Origin: a virus | Length of the DNA stretch: 64,000 nucleotides | IMG/VR virus record: IMGVR_UViG_3300006919_000045 | Span: 1-64,000 of that record | Strand: one strand, 5' to 3' | Shown: positions 38,409 through 47,273 of the stretch, in pieces | Position numbering within the stretch: position 1 is the stretch's first letter | Layout: the number at the start of each line of letters is the position of its first letter | Notes under the pieces: model-generated | What the model was told of the DNA's origin: nothing | Database searches by the model: none | What the model saw: the letters and a program-made list of their open reading frames with translations, nothing else | Made by a program: the position numbers and the translations under genes

Positions 38409-38437
38409 ATTATAGCCTCTGTAAGATAAATTGTCAA
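38409..38437 (-). promoter_or_regulatory. Sigma70-type promoter, probably leaderless transcript
   Basis: TTGACA-17-TATAAT-7-ATG. Confidence 0.8.
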
Positions 38438-38459
38438 ACATTATTTTTCTGAGGTATTA

Positions 38460-39764
38460 CTAAAAGCCGGTCTGCGATGTCTCAAATGAATACAGTGCGT
38501 ATCGCAAAGCGTCAGCCATGTGAGATGCCATATTATGCCTGGGTTTCTCCCTAGCTAAATTTGGATTTGAGTCCCATTGATACTGATCAAGGCAAGAAAG
38601 TACTTGATCGGATCGTTGATCGACTAGTAGCTTATCGTTATCAACTATAGCGGCTACGTGTGCGATTCCATCTAAAACTGACTTTTTTGCATTTATAGTA
38701 GAAATATCGTAATTCTGTGCGAAGTCAAATCGAGTTTGTTGTGCGGCGGAATCTATATAAATATAATCAATTTCCCACTTATCGATCATTTCTTGTATTT
38801 TAGCGGCATGTTGTTCCGTTGTTTTTTCAGCATCCATGTACTCATCAAGTACATGATACACTTGCTCATCCCAATCATATGCAATTACACAAAAAGCAGT
38901 AGGGTCTCGATAACCTACATCAAGCCCTGCAAATACATCCATACCGCTGGTATCCAACGCTTCGTTATTAGCTATACATATTTCGTGGTTGAAGTTCCAA
39001 ATCTGACCTTCGTAAGTATTAAAGTCTGCTTCATACTCTTGTCTGAATTCAGCATCTGACATACTTTTTCTTGCTTCGGCAATATCAGTCTCGGACATTC
39101 GTGGGTTGTCTATATAAGTTGCACGAATTGAGCACCACTCGGAAAATTCATCGTTAAATCCTCTATCAAAAAACTCTGCAAACCAGTTGTTCCTGCCGCG
39201 AGGCGTCGAGATAAAGATAGCTTTTGAGTTATCCTTATCAAGAGTAGGTCGAAGTGCTACGTTAAATGCGTCACGCCCGTCTGCCAACGCCGCTTCGTCA
39301 AAGATAATTAAATCGTAGCTTCTACCTACACAGGAATCAACTTGGTTTACTGAGCCCATTCTTACTGTCGATCCATTACTCAGTTCGATAACTTTATCCT
39401 TTGCGTTATCTTTTACAACTTCCAAGTCAAAATGTTTTATTAAGTTCCTTTGAAGATCAAAAGAAATCTGAGACAACGCATAGTTAGGAGACATTATAAG
39501 AATGTTTGAATTCGGAACTAGGGAGACTAGTTGGCCGATAATGTTTGCGATATAGGTTTTACCCTGTCGGCGTGATACTGCCGCGCAAACAAAGCGATAT
39601 TTATTATTATTTATCGCATTGATAATTGCTACCTGGGACGGTAGTGGAGTTATGCCGAGCAGCTCTAAATAAGGCTCTACTGGCAGCTTGAGGAAGCGTG
39701 TCTCAGATTGTAAATCGAGCAGAGATTCCCATACTATATCGGCTCTGCTTATTTGTACTGTCAT
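38460..39764 (-). CDS. terL: Terminase large subunit
   Basis: SRRQGKT Walker A, IIFDE Walker B, ISTPRG, and nuclease GLDVG and HMADALRY motifs. Confidence 0.96.
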   Translation of the reverse strand: MTVQISRADIVWESLLDLQSETRFLKLPVEPYLELLGITPLPSQVAIINAINNNKYRFVCAAVSRRQGKTYIANIIGQLVSLVPNSNILIMSPNYALSQISFDLQRNLIKHFDLEVVKDNAKDKVIELSNGSTVRMGSVNQVDSCVGRSYDLIIFDEAALADGRDAFNVALRPTLDKDNSKAIFISTPRGRNNWFAEFFDRGFNDEFSEWCSIRATYIDNPRMSETDIAEARKSMSDAEFRQEYEADFNTYEGQIWNFNHEICIANNEALDTSGMDVFAGLDVGYRDPTAFCVIAYDWDEQVYHVLDEYMDAEKTTEQHAAKIQEMIDKWEIDYIYIDSAAQQTRFDFAQNYDISTINAKKSVLDGIAHVAAIVDNDKLLVDQRSDQVLSCLDQYQWDSNPNLAREKPRHNMASHMADALRYALYSFETSQTGF

Positions 39765-39767
39765 AAT

Positions 39768-40139
39768 TTACTGCTCTACTTTTGTTGCATCTCGATAGTA
39801 GATAATTATTTCTTTCTGCTGGCGTATATACCTACGAAGTTCTTGCAAGTTAAACGCCATATTTTCATAGTCTTGGGGAGTCATTCCAAATATAACAAAT
39901 GTTCCGCCTTGCATTTTACCGATACGAGCAATCTGCTCTTCAAGATTTTTTTCCGTGACTACAAAAAATTCTACATCCTGCAAATCTATTTTTCTAGGGA
40001 GTTGAGGCTGATAGATCTCCAGTGTTTTATATTCAGTTACAGTTTTTATGACCGGCTCGGGGGTTGGTAGAGGGTCACTTTTCATAAAAGAACAACCAGA
40101 TAAAAATAGTATAATTAAAAAACTAGTTGCTGTCCGCAT
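39768..40139 (-). CDS. O-spanin (Rz1-like lipoprotein)
   Basis: Lipobox LSGC, Pro-rich segment and YENMAFNLQELRRYI; overlaps the upstream i-spanin. Confidence 0.75.
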   Translation of the reverse strand: MRTATSFLIILFLSGCSFMKSDPLPTPEPVIKTVTEYKTLEIYQPQLPRKIDLQDVEFFVVTEKNLEEQIARIGKMQGGTFVIFGMTPQDYENMAFNLQELRRYIRQQKEIIIYYRDATKVEQ

Positions 40140-40545
40140 TTTCCACCTCTTCACTATCTTTTTCTATCTGTTCAAAAACTTTTTTTGTGCCGTTATTGAT
40201 TCGAGGCTCAATAAGCCCGGGCTTTACTCGGGCCAACTTAGTAAGATCATGCCTTTTGAAGATAGACAAGTAGTCATCCATCTCTGCCTGCATTTCGTTG
40301 TTTGCTTCAGTAAGTTTTCCAACGGCTTCTAATTGTACTCTTAAATTATTTTCTGCTTGTTCTCTTGAAGCGGTTTCTGTTTCCAAAGCTGTTTCTAGCT
40401 TTGTTGTATTTTCTTTTAAGATTACATTATTTGCTTCAAGCTGTGCGATTGTTGCTTCTGCTTTACTTACGGTTGTAGTATGATATGCGTATGCACCTCC
40501 AGCTACAACTAACATAAGTGGCATAGCTTTTATTAGTCCTAACAT
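40123..40545 (-). CDS. I-spanin (Rz-like)
   Basis: N-terminal TM segment, coiled coil and KPGLIE.RIN motif. Confidence 0.75.
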   Translation of the reverse strand: MLGLIKAMPLMLVVAGGAYAYHTTTVSKAEATIAQLEANNVILKENTTKLETALETETASREQAENNLRVQLEAVGKLTEANNEMQAEMDDYLSIFKRHDLTKLARVKPGLIEPRINNGTKKVFEQIEKDSEEVENADSN

Positions 40546-40844
40546 TAGTATATTTTCCTTAAATCATAGCCAACAGGATTTACAACTTTTATTTCATGCT
40601 TTACTCCGAGCAGATCTACAAAAATGATATGAGTAGTAGAAATCTTTTTTATTTCTTTTGCTCGATAAGTTTTAGGATCGCCACTTTCTATTCGTGATCC
40701 ATCCTCTAAAAATTTTACATCTCCGGGAAAGAAAACAGTAAGCTCCCACTCTTCCCGTATAAGTGTACGCCACCAGTGTTTAATTTTTGGCCAGATGCCA
40801 ACAGTTACTAATTCTTCTTCTTGTTTTTGTTCAATCTTAGTCAT
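40545..40844 (-). CDS. Hypothetical protein
   Basis: Coupled ORF in the late operon; start likely MTKIEQ. Confidence 0.55.
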   Translation of the reverse strand: MTKIEQKQEEELVTVGIWPKIKHWWRTLIREEWELTVFFPGDVKFLEDGSRIESGDPKTYRAKEIKKISTTHIIFVDLLGVKHEIKVVNPVGYDLRKIY

Positions 40845-41394
40845 TTTTCCTATGCCTATTCCAAGCAACGAATCCAAATAATCGTAAAGACCAGAAAGCT
40901 AAGTAATTTAAAACTTTAAATCCATTCTGTTCTATACAAATATCTCGAAAAATTATATCCATCTCTTTCTGTGTTTTAGGCACTTCGCCTTTTTCACATT
41001 TTACCAACTCAGCGTACTTATACCCATAATCGTGAACAAGCCCGCCCATAAGCAAGACTCCAACGGGCGAAAGCCACATTGCAAGAAACTTAGGTACTGA
41101 TGCACCATCAAATTCAAAACCTTTTTCAATAACATACTCTTCTCCATCTAGAAAATAATACCAATTTTCTATTAGCTCCCAGCGTCGAGTTCCTGTTAGC
41201 CATAACCAAATTGCTTTCCAGAAACCTTTATCTGCTGTGCAAATTTTTATAGGTTTTAACATGGGCATTTCTACATACTCGAAACCAATACGATCTTCTC
41301 CTTGCCCATCAAATATGCTAATAACAAAAGCTACTAAAATAATGGCAGCCACAACTACTGGCTGCCAGAACGTTACCATCAGATCAAGAATCAC
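40837..41394 (-). CDS. DUF1353-like membrane-anchored protein
   Basis: GFEFDGASVP...LVHDYGY...D.IF motif with an N-terminal TM segment. Confidence 0.75.
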   Translation of the reverse strand: MILDLMVTFWQPVVVAAIILVAFVISIFDGQGEDRIGFEYVEMPMLKPIKICTADKGFWKAIWLWLTGTRRWELIENWYYFLDGEEYVIEKGFEFDGASVPKFLAMWLSPVGVLLMGGLVHDYGYKYAELVKCEKGEVPKTQKEMDIIFRDICIEQNGFKVLNYLAFWSLRLFGFVAWNRHRKND

Positions 41395-41726
41395 TTTTTA
41401 CTCCAAGCAGTAGCTCCGAAGAATGCTGCAACAAGACCCGCTACAGCCACAAAATAGGTCGGGGCCATGTCTCCAAGGACATCAGCGGCATGCTCATATC
41501 CGGCAACTTGAGCACCAACAACAGCGAAAGGATATACCAACATGCCAAGCAAAGCAAACCAAGCCATGTTTCTTTGGGCATCTCGCATTGCGTCGGCATC
41601 TTCTAACTCCCTTCGTCGAAACTCTAGTTCCATTTCGTATTCTTCTTTTGACAAATGACCATCGCCATTTAGGTCCATTCTTTTAACAACTTCTTTATCC
41701 GCTGTTACTACTTCTTCATCTGCCAT
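41391..41726 (-). CDS. EF-hand plus two-TM protein, holin candidate
   Basis: DLNGDGHLSKEE loop, two hydrophobic helices and a basic C-terminus; near the spanins. Confidence 0.6.
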   Translation of the reverse strand: MADEEVVTADKEVVKRMDLNGDGHLSKEEYEMELEFRRRELEDADAMRDAQRNMAWFALLGMLVYPFAVVGAQVAGYEHAADVLGDMAPTYFVAVAGLVAAFFGATAWSKK

Positions 41727-41735
41727 GGTATATCT

Positions 41736-42137
41736 CTATGGAGAGCAGACACTCCCCTCTTCGGATGAGTCGAAATTAGTATCTCCACATCCATATTTTC
41801 CATCATTATCAGTATCACAATGCCGATTCCATGCAATCATGTCAAATGTAAGTCCTTCGCTCCAAGGAACATAGGCTTTACACCATTCATGAGACCCAAC
41901 CTGAAAAGGGTCTTGTGGTTCGGGTACGTAGTCTCTAGATGTCCAAGGTTTTTGAGCAGTAAAGAAAGTATCTTTATTACTCATAACCCTTCTTTTAAAA
42001 AGAGTACTAGACTTAGGACTGATATAGATTTCTTGCCCTTCCTTAAGCGTGTATGTTGATCCATCATCGTAGTTGATAACGGTTTCTGCTGCTACAGTTG
42101 TTGATACAATAGCTAGCAGTGCCAACAAATATTTCAT
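41736..42137 (-). CDS. Secreted Cys-containing protein
   Basis: Signal peptide MKYLLALLAIVSTTVAA, a DTDNDGK loop and four Cys. Confidence 0.65.
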   Translation of the reverse strand: MKYLLALLAIVSTTVAAETVINYDDGSTYTLKEGQEIYISPKSSTLFKRRVMSNKDTFFTAQKPWTSRDYVPEPQDPFQVGSHEWCKAYVPWSEGLTFDMIAWNRHCDTDNDGKYGCGDTNFDSSEEGSVCSP

Positions 42138-42145
42138 AATACCTC

Positions 42146-42451
42146 CTACCATTTTACTTTATCGGCCCAGTAGGCAGCGCTCATTTTACCTCGAGCAATA
42201 TTCCTACGGTGCCGGGCTTTAAAAGAAGCGCGTTTTTTCTTCATGCGCTCACTTTCCCCTTTTTTCGGCTTCCCTGCAGTTTTTGCTCCTTGCTGACCAA
42301 AACGAATAGTCTTGGTCTTGTTTCCTACTTTGGCCACAACAATATGTGACTTTTTCGGATGGCTTGGAGTACGTTTAGGTTTATTATACCCTGATACTCC
42401 CGCCCTCTTTAATCTTGAATCTTTCTTTTTACTTTTTCTTTTTGCGGCCAC
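42146..42451 (-). CDS. Highly basic protein (DUF6321-like)
   Basis: GYNKPKRTP.HPKKSHIVVAK...IRFGQQG...SFKARH...SAAYWA. Confidence 0.75.
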   Translation of the reverse strand: MAAKRKSKKKDSRLKRAGVSGYNKPKRTPSHPKKSHIVVAKVGNKTKTIRFGQQGAKTAGKPKKGESERMKKKRASFKARHRRNIARGKMSAAYWADKVKW

Positions 42452-42650
42452 TTGTTTTCTTCTTGCCTAATTCTACTCTTCGTTTAATTAGGGATCGAGG
42501 TACAGTTTTACCTTCTTTATAAAGTTTTGAAATCTTTTTTATAAGACCGGCAAGCTCTGATCGTCGAGATCCTTTTGTGCCGCTAAGATACTTTTTAGGT
42601 ATACGAGTCTTTTTATCTTTTGCGGGACCTCTCTTCTTTCGCTTCCTCAT
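42429..42650 (-). CDS. Highly basic small protein
   Basis: K/R-rich with IPKKYLSG; coupled ORF. Confidence 0.7.
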   Translation of the reverse strand: MRKRKKRGPAKDKKTRIPKKYLSGTKGSRRSELAGLIKKISKLYKEGKTVPRSLIKRRVELGKKKTSGRKKKK

Positions 42651-42841
42651 ACAATATAATCTAAGTAACGGACATTAGTGCTTACAGCTACTTTCCCGTT
42701 CCTGTCATAAGTAATGACATTATAAATAGTATCTGTAACTTTGTACCTAGTCTCTGACATTTTTGTCACAGATTGCGTAAGATATTCTTTTTGAGTAGTG
42801 CGAGGAACTGAACTTGGGGCTGCTACAGAGTCTCCGGCCAT
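42647..42841 (-). CDS. Hypothetical protein (MAGDSV...)
   Basis: Fills the gap between basic genes; start revised. Confidence 0.6.
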   Translation of the reverse strand: MAGDSVAAPSSVPRTTQKEYLTQSVTKMSETRYKVTDTIYNVITYDRNGKVAVSTNVRYLDYIV

Positions 42842-42842
42842 T

Positions 42843-43148
42843 CTACTTCTTCTTACGCTTCTTGGCTCCACGCTTAATATCATTATCTTGCGAGTGTCCT
42901 CCTCGAATAAATGAGTTTACACGACCCATTGCCCATCCGGCCATTCCTACTCCTGCCCTAGAGCCAGAAGAAAGGAAAGCTCCTTGACCTCTACGATATA
43001 CTTTTGCAAGTTGTCCATAGGTAAATCGAGTCTTTTTTGCCTTTGTCCTCAAAGTTTTTTGGGTTGTGGCACTAAGAGGTTTTGCTGCTCTTTTTCGCTT
43101 AGGGGCAGCTTTCCTTTTTTTAGTAGCCTTTTTTCGCTTTGCTGCCAC
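42843..43148 (-). CDS. Highly basic protein (DUF5824-like)
   Basis: Histone H1-like K/A N-terminus; LAKVYRRG.GA..SSGSR...WA..RVNSF. Confidence 0.7.
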   Translation of the reverse strand: MAAKRKKATKKRKAAPKRKRAAKPLSATTQKTLRTKAKKTRFTYGQLAKVYRRGQGAFLSSGSRAGVGMAGWAMGRVNSFIRGGHSQDNDIKRGAKKRKKK

Positions 43149-43308
43149 GTCGCTTTCTCCTCAGCGCTCTTTCGTACGCTGCATGGGATCTTCCCGGCAT
43201 ATAAATTTTTTTCTTTCCCTTTCCGTGCGAATGTACACCGCGCAACCCAAGTTTCCTTGCTCGACGTCGCGCAGCTATTTTTGTTGAGTATCTATTTCGC
43301 CGTCTCAT
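43120..43308 (-). CDS. Protamine-like basic protein
   Basis: R/K-rich with G.HSH...YMPG.SH. Confidence 0.7.
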   Translation of the reverse strand: MRRRNRYSTKIAARRRARKLGLRGVHSHGKGKKKIYMPGRSHAAYERALRRKRRGSKAKKGY

Positions 43309-43400
43309 TTGTCATTTAAGTCTACTAAGAGCGACCCCCACTTAGTCCATGCAATATGAGCAACCCAACCTATAACACAGCCAATTAGTACGTCAATCAT
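43305..43400 (-). CDS. 31-aa membrane peptide (MIDVLIGCVIGW...)
   Basis: Hand-translated; ATGA overlaps on both sides. Confidence 0.6.
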   Translation of the reverse strand: MIDVLIGCVIGWVAHIAWTKWGSLLVDLNDK

Positions 43401-43549
43401 TTTTTGCCTCGCTTCTTCTTTTTAAGAATTACTGCTCTTAAAGCAGGCGGCAATTTTTTCTGCTTGGCTGTCAATCCACCCATTGACTTTTTCTTCTTAC
43501 CATTCTTTTTCTTCTTTTTCTTCTTGCCGTTACCATACCCGTAAGCCAT
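43397..43549 (-). CDS. 50-aa poly-lysine protein (MAYGYGNGKKKKKKK...)
   Basis: Hand-translated; LTAKQKKLPPAL motif; coupled to the next ORF. Confidence 0.7.
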   Translation of the reverse strand: MAYGYGNGKKKKKKKNGKKKKSMGGLTAKQKKLPPALRAVILKKKKRGKK

Positions 43550-43572
43550 CTTATTTCTCTGCGCTTTCGCGT

Positions 43573-43782
43573 CTAAGGAAGATATGAATAATTATCCTTC
43601 CAGTGTTGTACTTCATCAAAATAACAATTGTGTTGCTGACTCTTTACCCAGCACAGCTCTTGAATGATGCGGTTGTACCACTGCTTATCATATTCATCGT
43701 GAGCTTTTTCCATATCTTGTTTAAGTTGGGCAATTCTCACATTGACATACTTTTCTAAGTCTTTTTCTCGGCCTCGTCTCAT
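43573..43782 (-). CDS. Hypothetical protein
   Basis: Coupled ORF. Confidence 0.6.
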   Translation of the reverse strand: MRRGREKDLEKYVNVRIAQLKQDMEKAHDEYDKQWYNRIIQELCWVKSQQHNCYFDEVQHWKDNYSYLP

Positions 43783-43985
43783 TACATTACCTGCGCTACT
43801 ATTAATCCTAGTAAAAACATTATGATTATACCAGAGGCTCCAATAATTCTACTTTCCATTCGCTGTAGCGTACTCTCTACGTCTTCGATGCGAGCAAAGA
43901 TAGTTTTCCATCTTTCTTCACATTGAATTGCGTGTACTTGGAGCTCATTCTCAATATGGTTAACTTGCTTTTCTAATTCATTCAT
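43782..43985 (-). CDS. XhlA-like coiled-coil plus TM protein (lysis-associated candidate)
   Basis: H...CEERW, a coiled coil and a C-terminal TM segment; start revised. Confidence 0.6.
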   Translation of the reverse strand: MNELEKQVNHIENELQVHAIQCEERWKTIFARIEDVESTLQRMESRIIGASGIIIMFLLGLIVAQVM

Positions 43986-44407
43986 TTTAGTATAGTCAGT
44001 ACAAGAAATAAAGTAGGCACAAAAATAACTAAACCACAAATAGCATAAAAGCAATATAGCAGCGTTTGCATTAACTCTGCTCTTGCTTGTCTAGCTTCTC
44101 TTTCCGCTTTCTCTCGTTCTTCCTTGGCTTGTTTTTGAAAAGCTAGCCAATCATCCCACATACCTGGGCGGCCTGCCCAGATCATTTGTTGTTTTAAGTG
44201 CTCCTCCATTTCCTTGATTTTCTCAAGTTCCATGAAGGCTTCCATATCGCTTTTGTATCCGTTCTTATTTGACTTTTTCTGTAAAGAAGTTTTGCTGTCA
44301 AAAAATTGTGCGGCAACAGAAGCCACATCGTACAACTCTTTTCCATTGCCGATAGCTTCTTTAAGCACACCAAAAGCTGCGTTTGCAATCGCAATTTCTG
44401 CGAGCAT
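43982..44407 (-). CDS. Conserved phage coiled-coil membrane protein
   Basis: MLAEIAIANAAF...GRPGMWDDW...; C-terminal TM segment. Confidence 0.65.
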   Translation of the reverse strand: MLAEIAIANAAFGVLKEAIGNGKELYDVASVAAQFFDSKTSLQKKSNKNGYKSDMEAFMELEKIKEMEEHLKQQMIWAGRPGMWDDWLAFQKQAKEEREKAEREARQARAELMQTLLYCFYAICGLVIFVPTLFLVLTILK

Positions 44408-44417
44408 TACTCTATCT

Positions 44418-44891
44418 CTAGGATTTATCCTCCTTGAGAAGCTTTTCCATCAGCTTTCCATAGTTACCTTGGCCGAAGGGTAGACTCTCATTTATTTGTA
44501 CGTTATTTTGAGTTTTTATGTTTGTAGTTTCAGCTTTTACTAGGTCTGCTTGTGCTTTAATTTCATCCATTCGCATCTTGTGAGCCATCTGAAGTAAGTC
44601 GGCCAAGTCCTTATTTGAGTACACTCCACTTTCCTGAGCTTCTTCTAGTTTGCTGGCGATCATTTCGTCGAGGACGGAAGCGATATTGTTTTTATTACGA
44701 TATCCCATGTCTAAATACACAGTGTCGATATACTTTTTAACTTCTCGTTTATTTAAAAGTTCGACTACTTTGTTTTCAGGCACTTGTAAATAATCACACA
44801 CTGCTCGTATGTTCCCATACTGCAGATAGCAATTCGCTACTTCCAATCCTTCTGGAGATATTGGAGTTATTTCTTTACCCATATCTCTCAA
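44418..44891 (-). CDS. terS: Terminase small subunit (T5-like)
   Basis: ISPEGLEVAN.YL..G, EVKKYID.V.LD.GYRN and NYGKLM motifs. Confidence 0.85.
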   Translation of the reverse strand: MRDMGKEITPISPEGLEVANCYLQYGNIRAVCDYLQVPENKVVELLNKREVKKYIDTVYLDMGYRNKNNIASVLDEMIASKLEEAQESGVYSNKDLADLLQMAHKMRMDEIKAQADLVKAETTNIKTQNNVQINESLPFGQGNYGKLMEKLLKEDKS

Positions 44892-44910
44892 TTCCTCCTA
44901 TTTCTGTGAA

Positions 44911-44939
44911 ATTATAATATGTAAGTTGTGGAAAGTCAA
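44911..44939 (-). promoter_or_regulatory. Late-operon promoter
   Basis: TTGACT-17-TATAAT. Confidence 0.85.
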
Positions 44940-44951
44940 GGTTTATTTTTC

Positions 44952-45548
44952 TCACCCCCACTGCAAAGCCATAGCTGCAGCGATTCCAAAAAATGTTACT
45001 GATCGTTCTTTGCCCTGGCCACCACCAAATTTATCATACCCCGTATCGCCTTGGTTACTCCAACGGGGCTTATCATTTACATATCTAGGTTCAATATATT
45101 CTGTGGGCTTTAAGTGAGGCAGCCCTTTTAACCATAGTCCTGTTTTCTTTGATGCATCCTCTCCAAAGTCGTAGGGTTGTACATACTGAGGTTTTGGCAT
45201 AAAATCTAATCGAGTGTTAATACACCCTACGGGGTTTTCTATGCACATCTTTTCTACTGGGGCTTCCCAGAGTTGTGTGATAAATCTAAGTGCTTCTTCT
45301 GTCTTTTCAGCTCTGCCTTCAATTTTGTTATTCCAATGTAGTCCAGAAGCAGCCAGATAAGTGCAAGGAGGGTGCAGAATAACAAGGTCCCATACGCCAC
45401 CATTATATAGTGCGTCAAGTACATCTCCTTGTATATGCGGACCCCGCGCCTCTGTTGGAAGTAAGTCGCAGGAAATCGCATCATGTCCCATTGCTAGGAA
45501 ACAATCTCGTACAGTACCACTAAATTCGCATCCAACTAATATTCTCAT
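44952..45548 (-). CDS. Phage C5-cytosine DNA methyltransferase-like protein
   Basis: ILVGCEFSG, catalytic HPPC, IENP and K.TGLW motifs. Confidence 0.8.
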   Translation of the reverse strand: MRILVGCEFSGTVRDCFLAMGHDAISCDLLPTEARGPHIQGDVLDALYNGGVWDLVILHPPCTYLAASGLHWNNKIEGRAEKTEEALRFITQLWEAPVEKMCIENPVGCINTRLDFMPKPQYVQPYDFGEDASKKTGLWLKGLPHLKPTEYIEPRYVNDKPRWSNQGDTGYDKFGGGQGKERSVTFFGIAAAMALQWG

Positions 45549-45555
45549 GCCAAGA

Positions 45556-45585
45556 ATTATATCGCGAAAGGAGCTTCCTTGTCAA
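45556..45585 (-). promoter_or_regulatory. Promoter, probably leaderless transcript
   Basis: TTGACA-18-TATAAT-7-ATG. Confidence 0.75.
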
Positions 45586-45606
45586 GCGTTATTTTTCTTA
45601 GGTTTG

Positions 45607-45628
45607 AAAAAAGGGGCCGTAGCCCCTT
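45607..45628 (-). terminator. Intrinsic terminator
   Basis: AAGGGGC-TACG-GCCCCTT followed by a T tract. Confidence 0.85.
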
Positions 45629-45649
45629 AAAAATATACTATACTAGAGT

Positions 45650-46570
45650 TTAACTTCCCAGTGTATGTATCCCTATTATAATTCCCATTGAGGCGGCTAC
45701 ACCTACCATGAGTTTTCCAAAGTCTTTTGCAATTATTGGCATTGACTTTTCCATTGCTCCGATTGCAAGCTCTCTACCACTAAGAAGTCCAATAAATACC
45801 CAAGTTGTTGACATTGGAATACTATTATACTCCTTAAAGTACCAAAGAATAATTAAATAGATAAGATCAATTAGAGTTGCAGATTTTACATAGCTTGTTC
45901 CGGTTTTGGATACAACAACATCTTGTATCTTTCCTCCTCTTTCGTAAAACATCCAACCCATTCCCGCCACAAATAAGGCACTAATACCTACGAGAATAAG
46001 TGCGGGGATTTCTCTAGGAAGAAATACTGCCATGTTTGCCATATCATGACTTAACCATGTCCACCACAACCAACCTGTTACAGTCCATTGCGCAATTCTC
46101 CAGTTTTTCTCTGAGCCTCTTATTTCTATATTTGAAAGAGCTTTTGTAACAAATGTCCAAATTACAAAGGCACTAGCAAAAGCAACTCCGTATCCTGCAA
46201 AAGATTTTATAAGCATCTTTTCCAAAATAAAAGTTGAAGCAAAGGCACTGAGAACAAGAAAAGAAGTACTTACAGGCACTCCAAATCTTGTTAAAGCAAG
46301 AAGAACTGCGGGAGCGGCAGCGTGATACCACTGCGGTTCTATGTAAGGTATTTTATCTAGTCTACCATAGGAAATATCCCCATGCACTCCAAATCCATAC
46401 CAGATGGCAAAAAGAAGTACACTACTTGCAGCGCCCCAAAGAATTTTCCAATCTATTTCTTTATTGGAAGCCATCCAAGTGCCGAGAGTTTGAATACTAT
46501 CATTTGCGATTACTGTGTAACTTGCTAAGCTGAAACCTAGCACAGTCCACAAAAGTGTCATCATATCCAT
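45650..46570 (-). CDS. PiT-like (phosphate/sulfate permease) inner-membrane transporter
   Basis: Polytopic; duplicated signatures IANDSIQT...PVSTS and HDMANM...PMSTT resemble the two PiT repeats. Confidence 0.65.
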   Translation of the reverse strand: MDMMTLLWTVLGFSLASYTVIANDSIQTLGTWMASNKEIDWKILWGAASSVLLFAIWYGFGVHGDISYGRLDKIPYIEPQWYHAAAPAVLLALTRFGVPVSTSFLVLSAFASTFILEKMLIKSFAGYGVAFASAFVIWTFVTKALSNIEIRGSEKNWRIAQWTVTGWLWWTWLSHDMANMAVFLPREIPALILVGISALFVAGMGWMFYERGGKIQDVVVSKTGTSYVKSATLIDLIYLIILWYFKEYNSIPMSTTWVFIGLLSGRELAIGAMEKSMPIIAKDFGKLMVGVAASMGIIIGIHTLGS

Positions 46571-47115
46571 TATAATTTAGCCTCCCAGTGTATTCCTGTC
46601 ACTGTAATTTTTCTAGCGTATCCCTCTGTAGATTTACGCTCTATAAAAGGAGTGACTTTCCAATTCTTTTCTTTATAAGTTATCCCGAGCTGGTCGCGAG
46701 CATCAAACTTTGTACCAGAATCCTTAAAGCTCCAGCGGGGTTGCCACTTTGCGTAAAGATAAAAAGGTCCGTAAAGGTGAGGAGTGTATTCTGCAATAAA
46801 GCGATATCTCCAGTGCGACTCCTTGTTGTTAAAGTGGCGATACTCCATACGGCCTTCAAAAACTAAGTCTTTATATGAAAAAAATTCTCCCGTGAATTTT
46901 ATGCGATTCTCCTGCGTAAGTCTTAAATCTGCGTAACGATACATGATTTCGATAGGCCCTATTTTATTTCCGATTTCGATATGTTTTCCCCCTTCACGGT
47001 GACGAAAAGTATACTCCCAGTCGTTTTTCTTTAATTTATAATTATATTCTTGTTGATCGGACGCTATCACAGCGGTCGGCATTGCTAAAACTAACGCTAA
47101 AAATAAATAACGCAT
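46570..47115 (-). CDS. Small outer-membrane beta-barrel protein
   Basis: Signal peptide and alternating aromatic beta strands (RMEYR, WRYRF); basic composition. Confidence 0.65.
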   Translation of the reverse strand: MRYLFLALVLAMPTAVIASDQQEYNYKLKKNDWEYTFRHREGGKHIEIGNKIGPIEIMYRYADLRLTQENRIKFTGEFFSYKDLVFEGRMEYRHFNNKESHWRYRFIAEYTPHLYGPFYLYAKWQPRWSFKDSGTKFDARDQLGITYKEKNWKVTPFIERKSTEGYARKITVTGIHWEAKL

Positions 47116-47159
47116 AATGCTCTCCTTTCTAACCTTGTGGAATTCTTACCACAGAATAT

Positions 47160-47193
47160 ATTATACCACAAGATTGTTACAATTTTATGAAAA
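47160..47193 (-). promoter_or_regulatory. Pho-box (PhoB-dependent) promoter
   Basis: TTTTCAT-AAAA-TTGTAAC, then 10 bp, then TATAAT; no TTGACA. Confidence 0.65.
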
Positions 47194-47256
47194 CACCAAA
47201 ACAACTTTTCTCAATTTTTCCAAAGTTGTACGTGTGGGGGTGCGTGGCGCGGCTAG

Positions 47257-47273
47257 ATGAGAATGAGTCTCAT
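47257..47273. promoter_or_regulatory. Fur-box-like palindrome
   Basis: ATGAGAAT-G-AGTCTCAT, a 7-1-7 inverted repeat with one mismatch. Confidence 0.5.

Noticed and set aside
557-46866. Many plus-strand ORFs over the late region, and minus-strand ORFs over the early genes
   Set aside because: They are antisense shadows of well-supported genes, with no SD or motifs.
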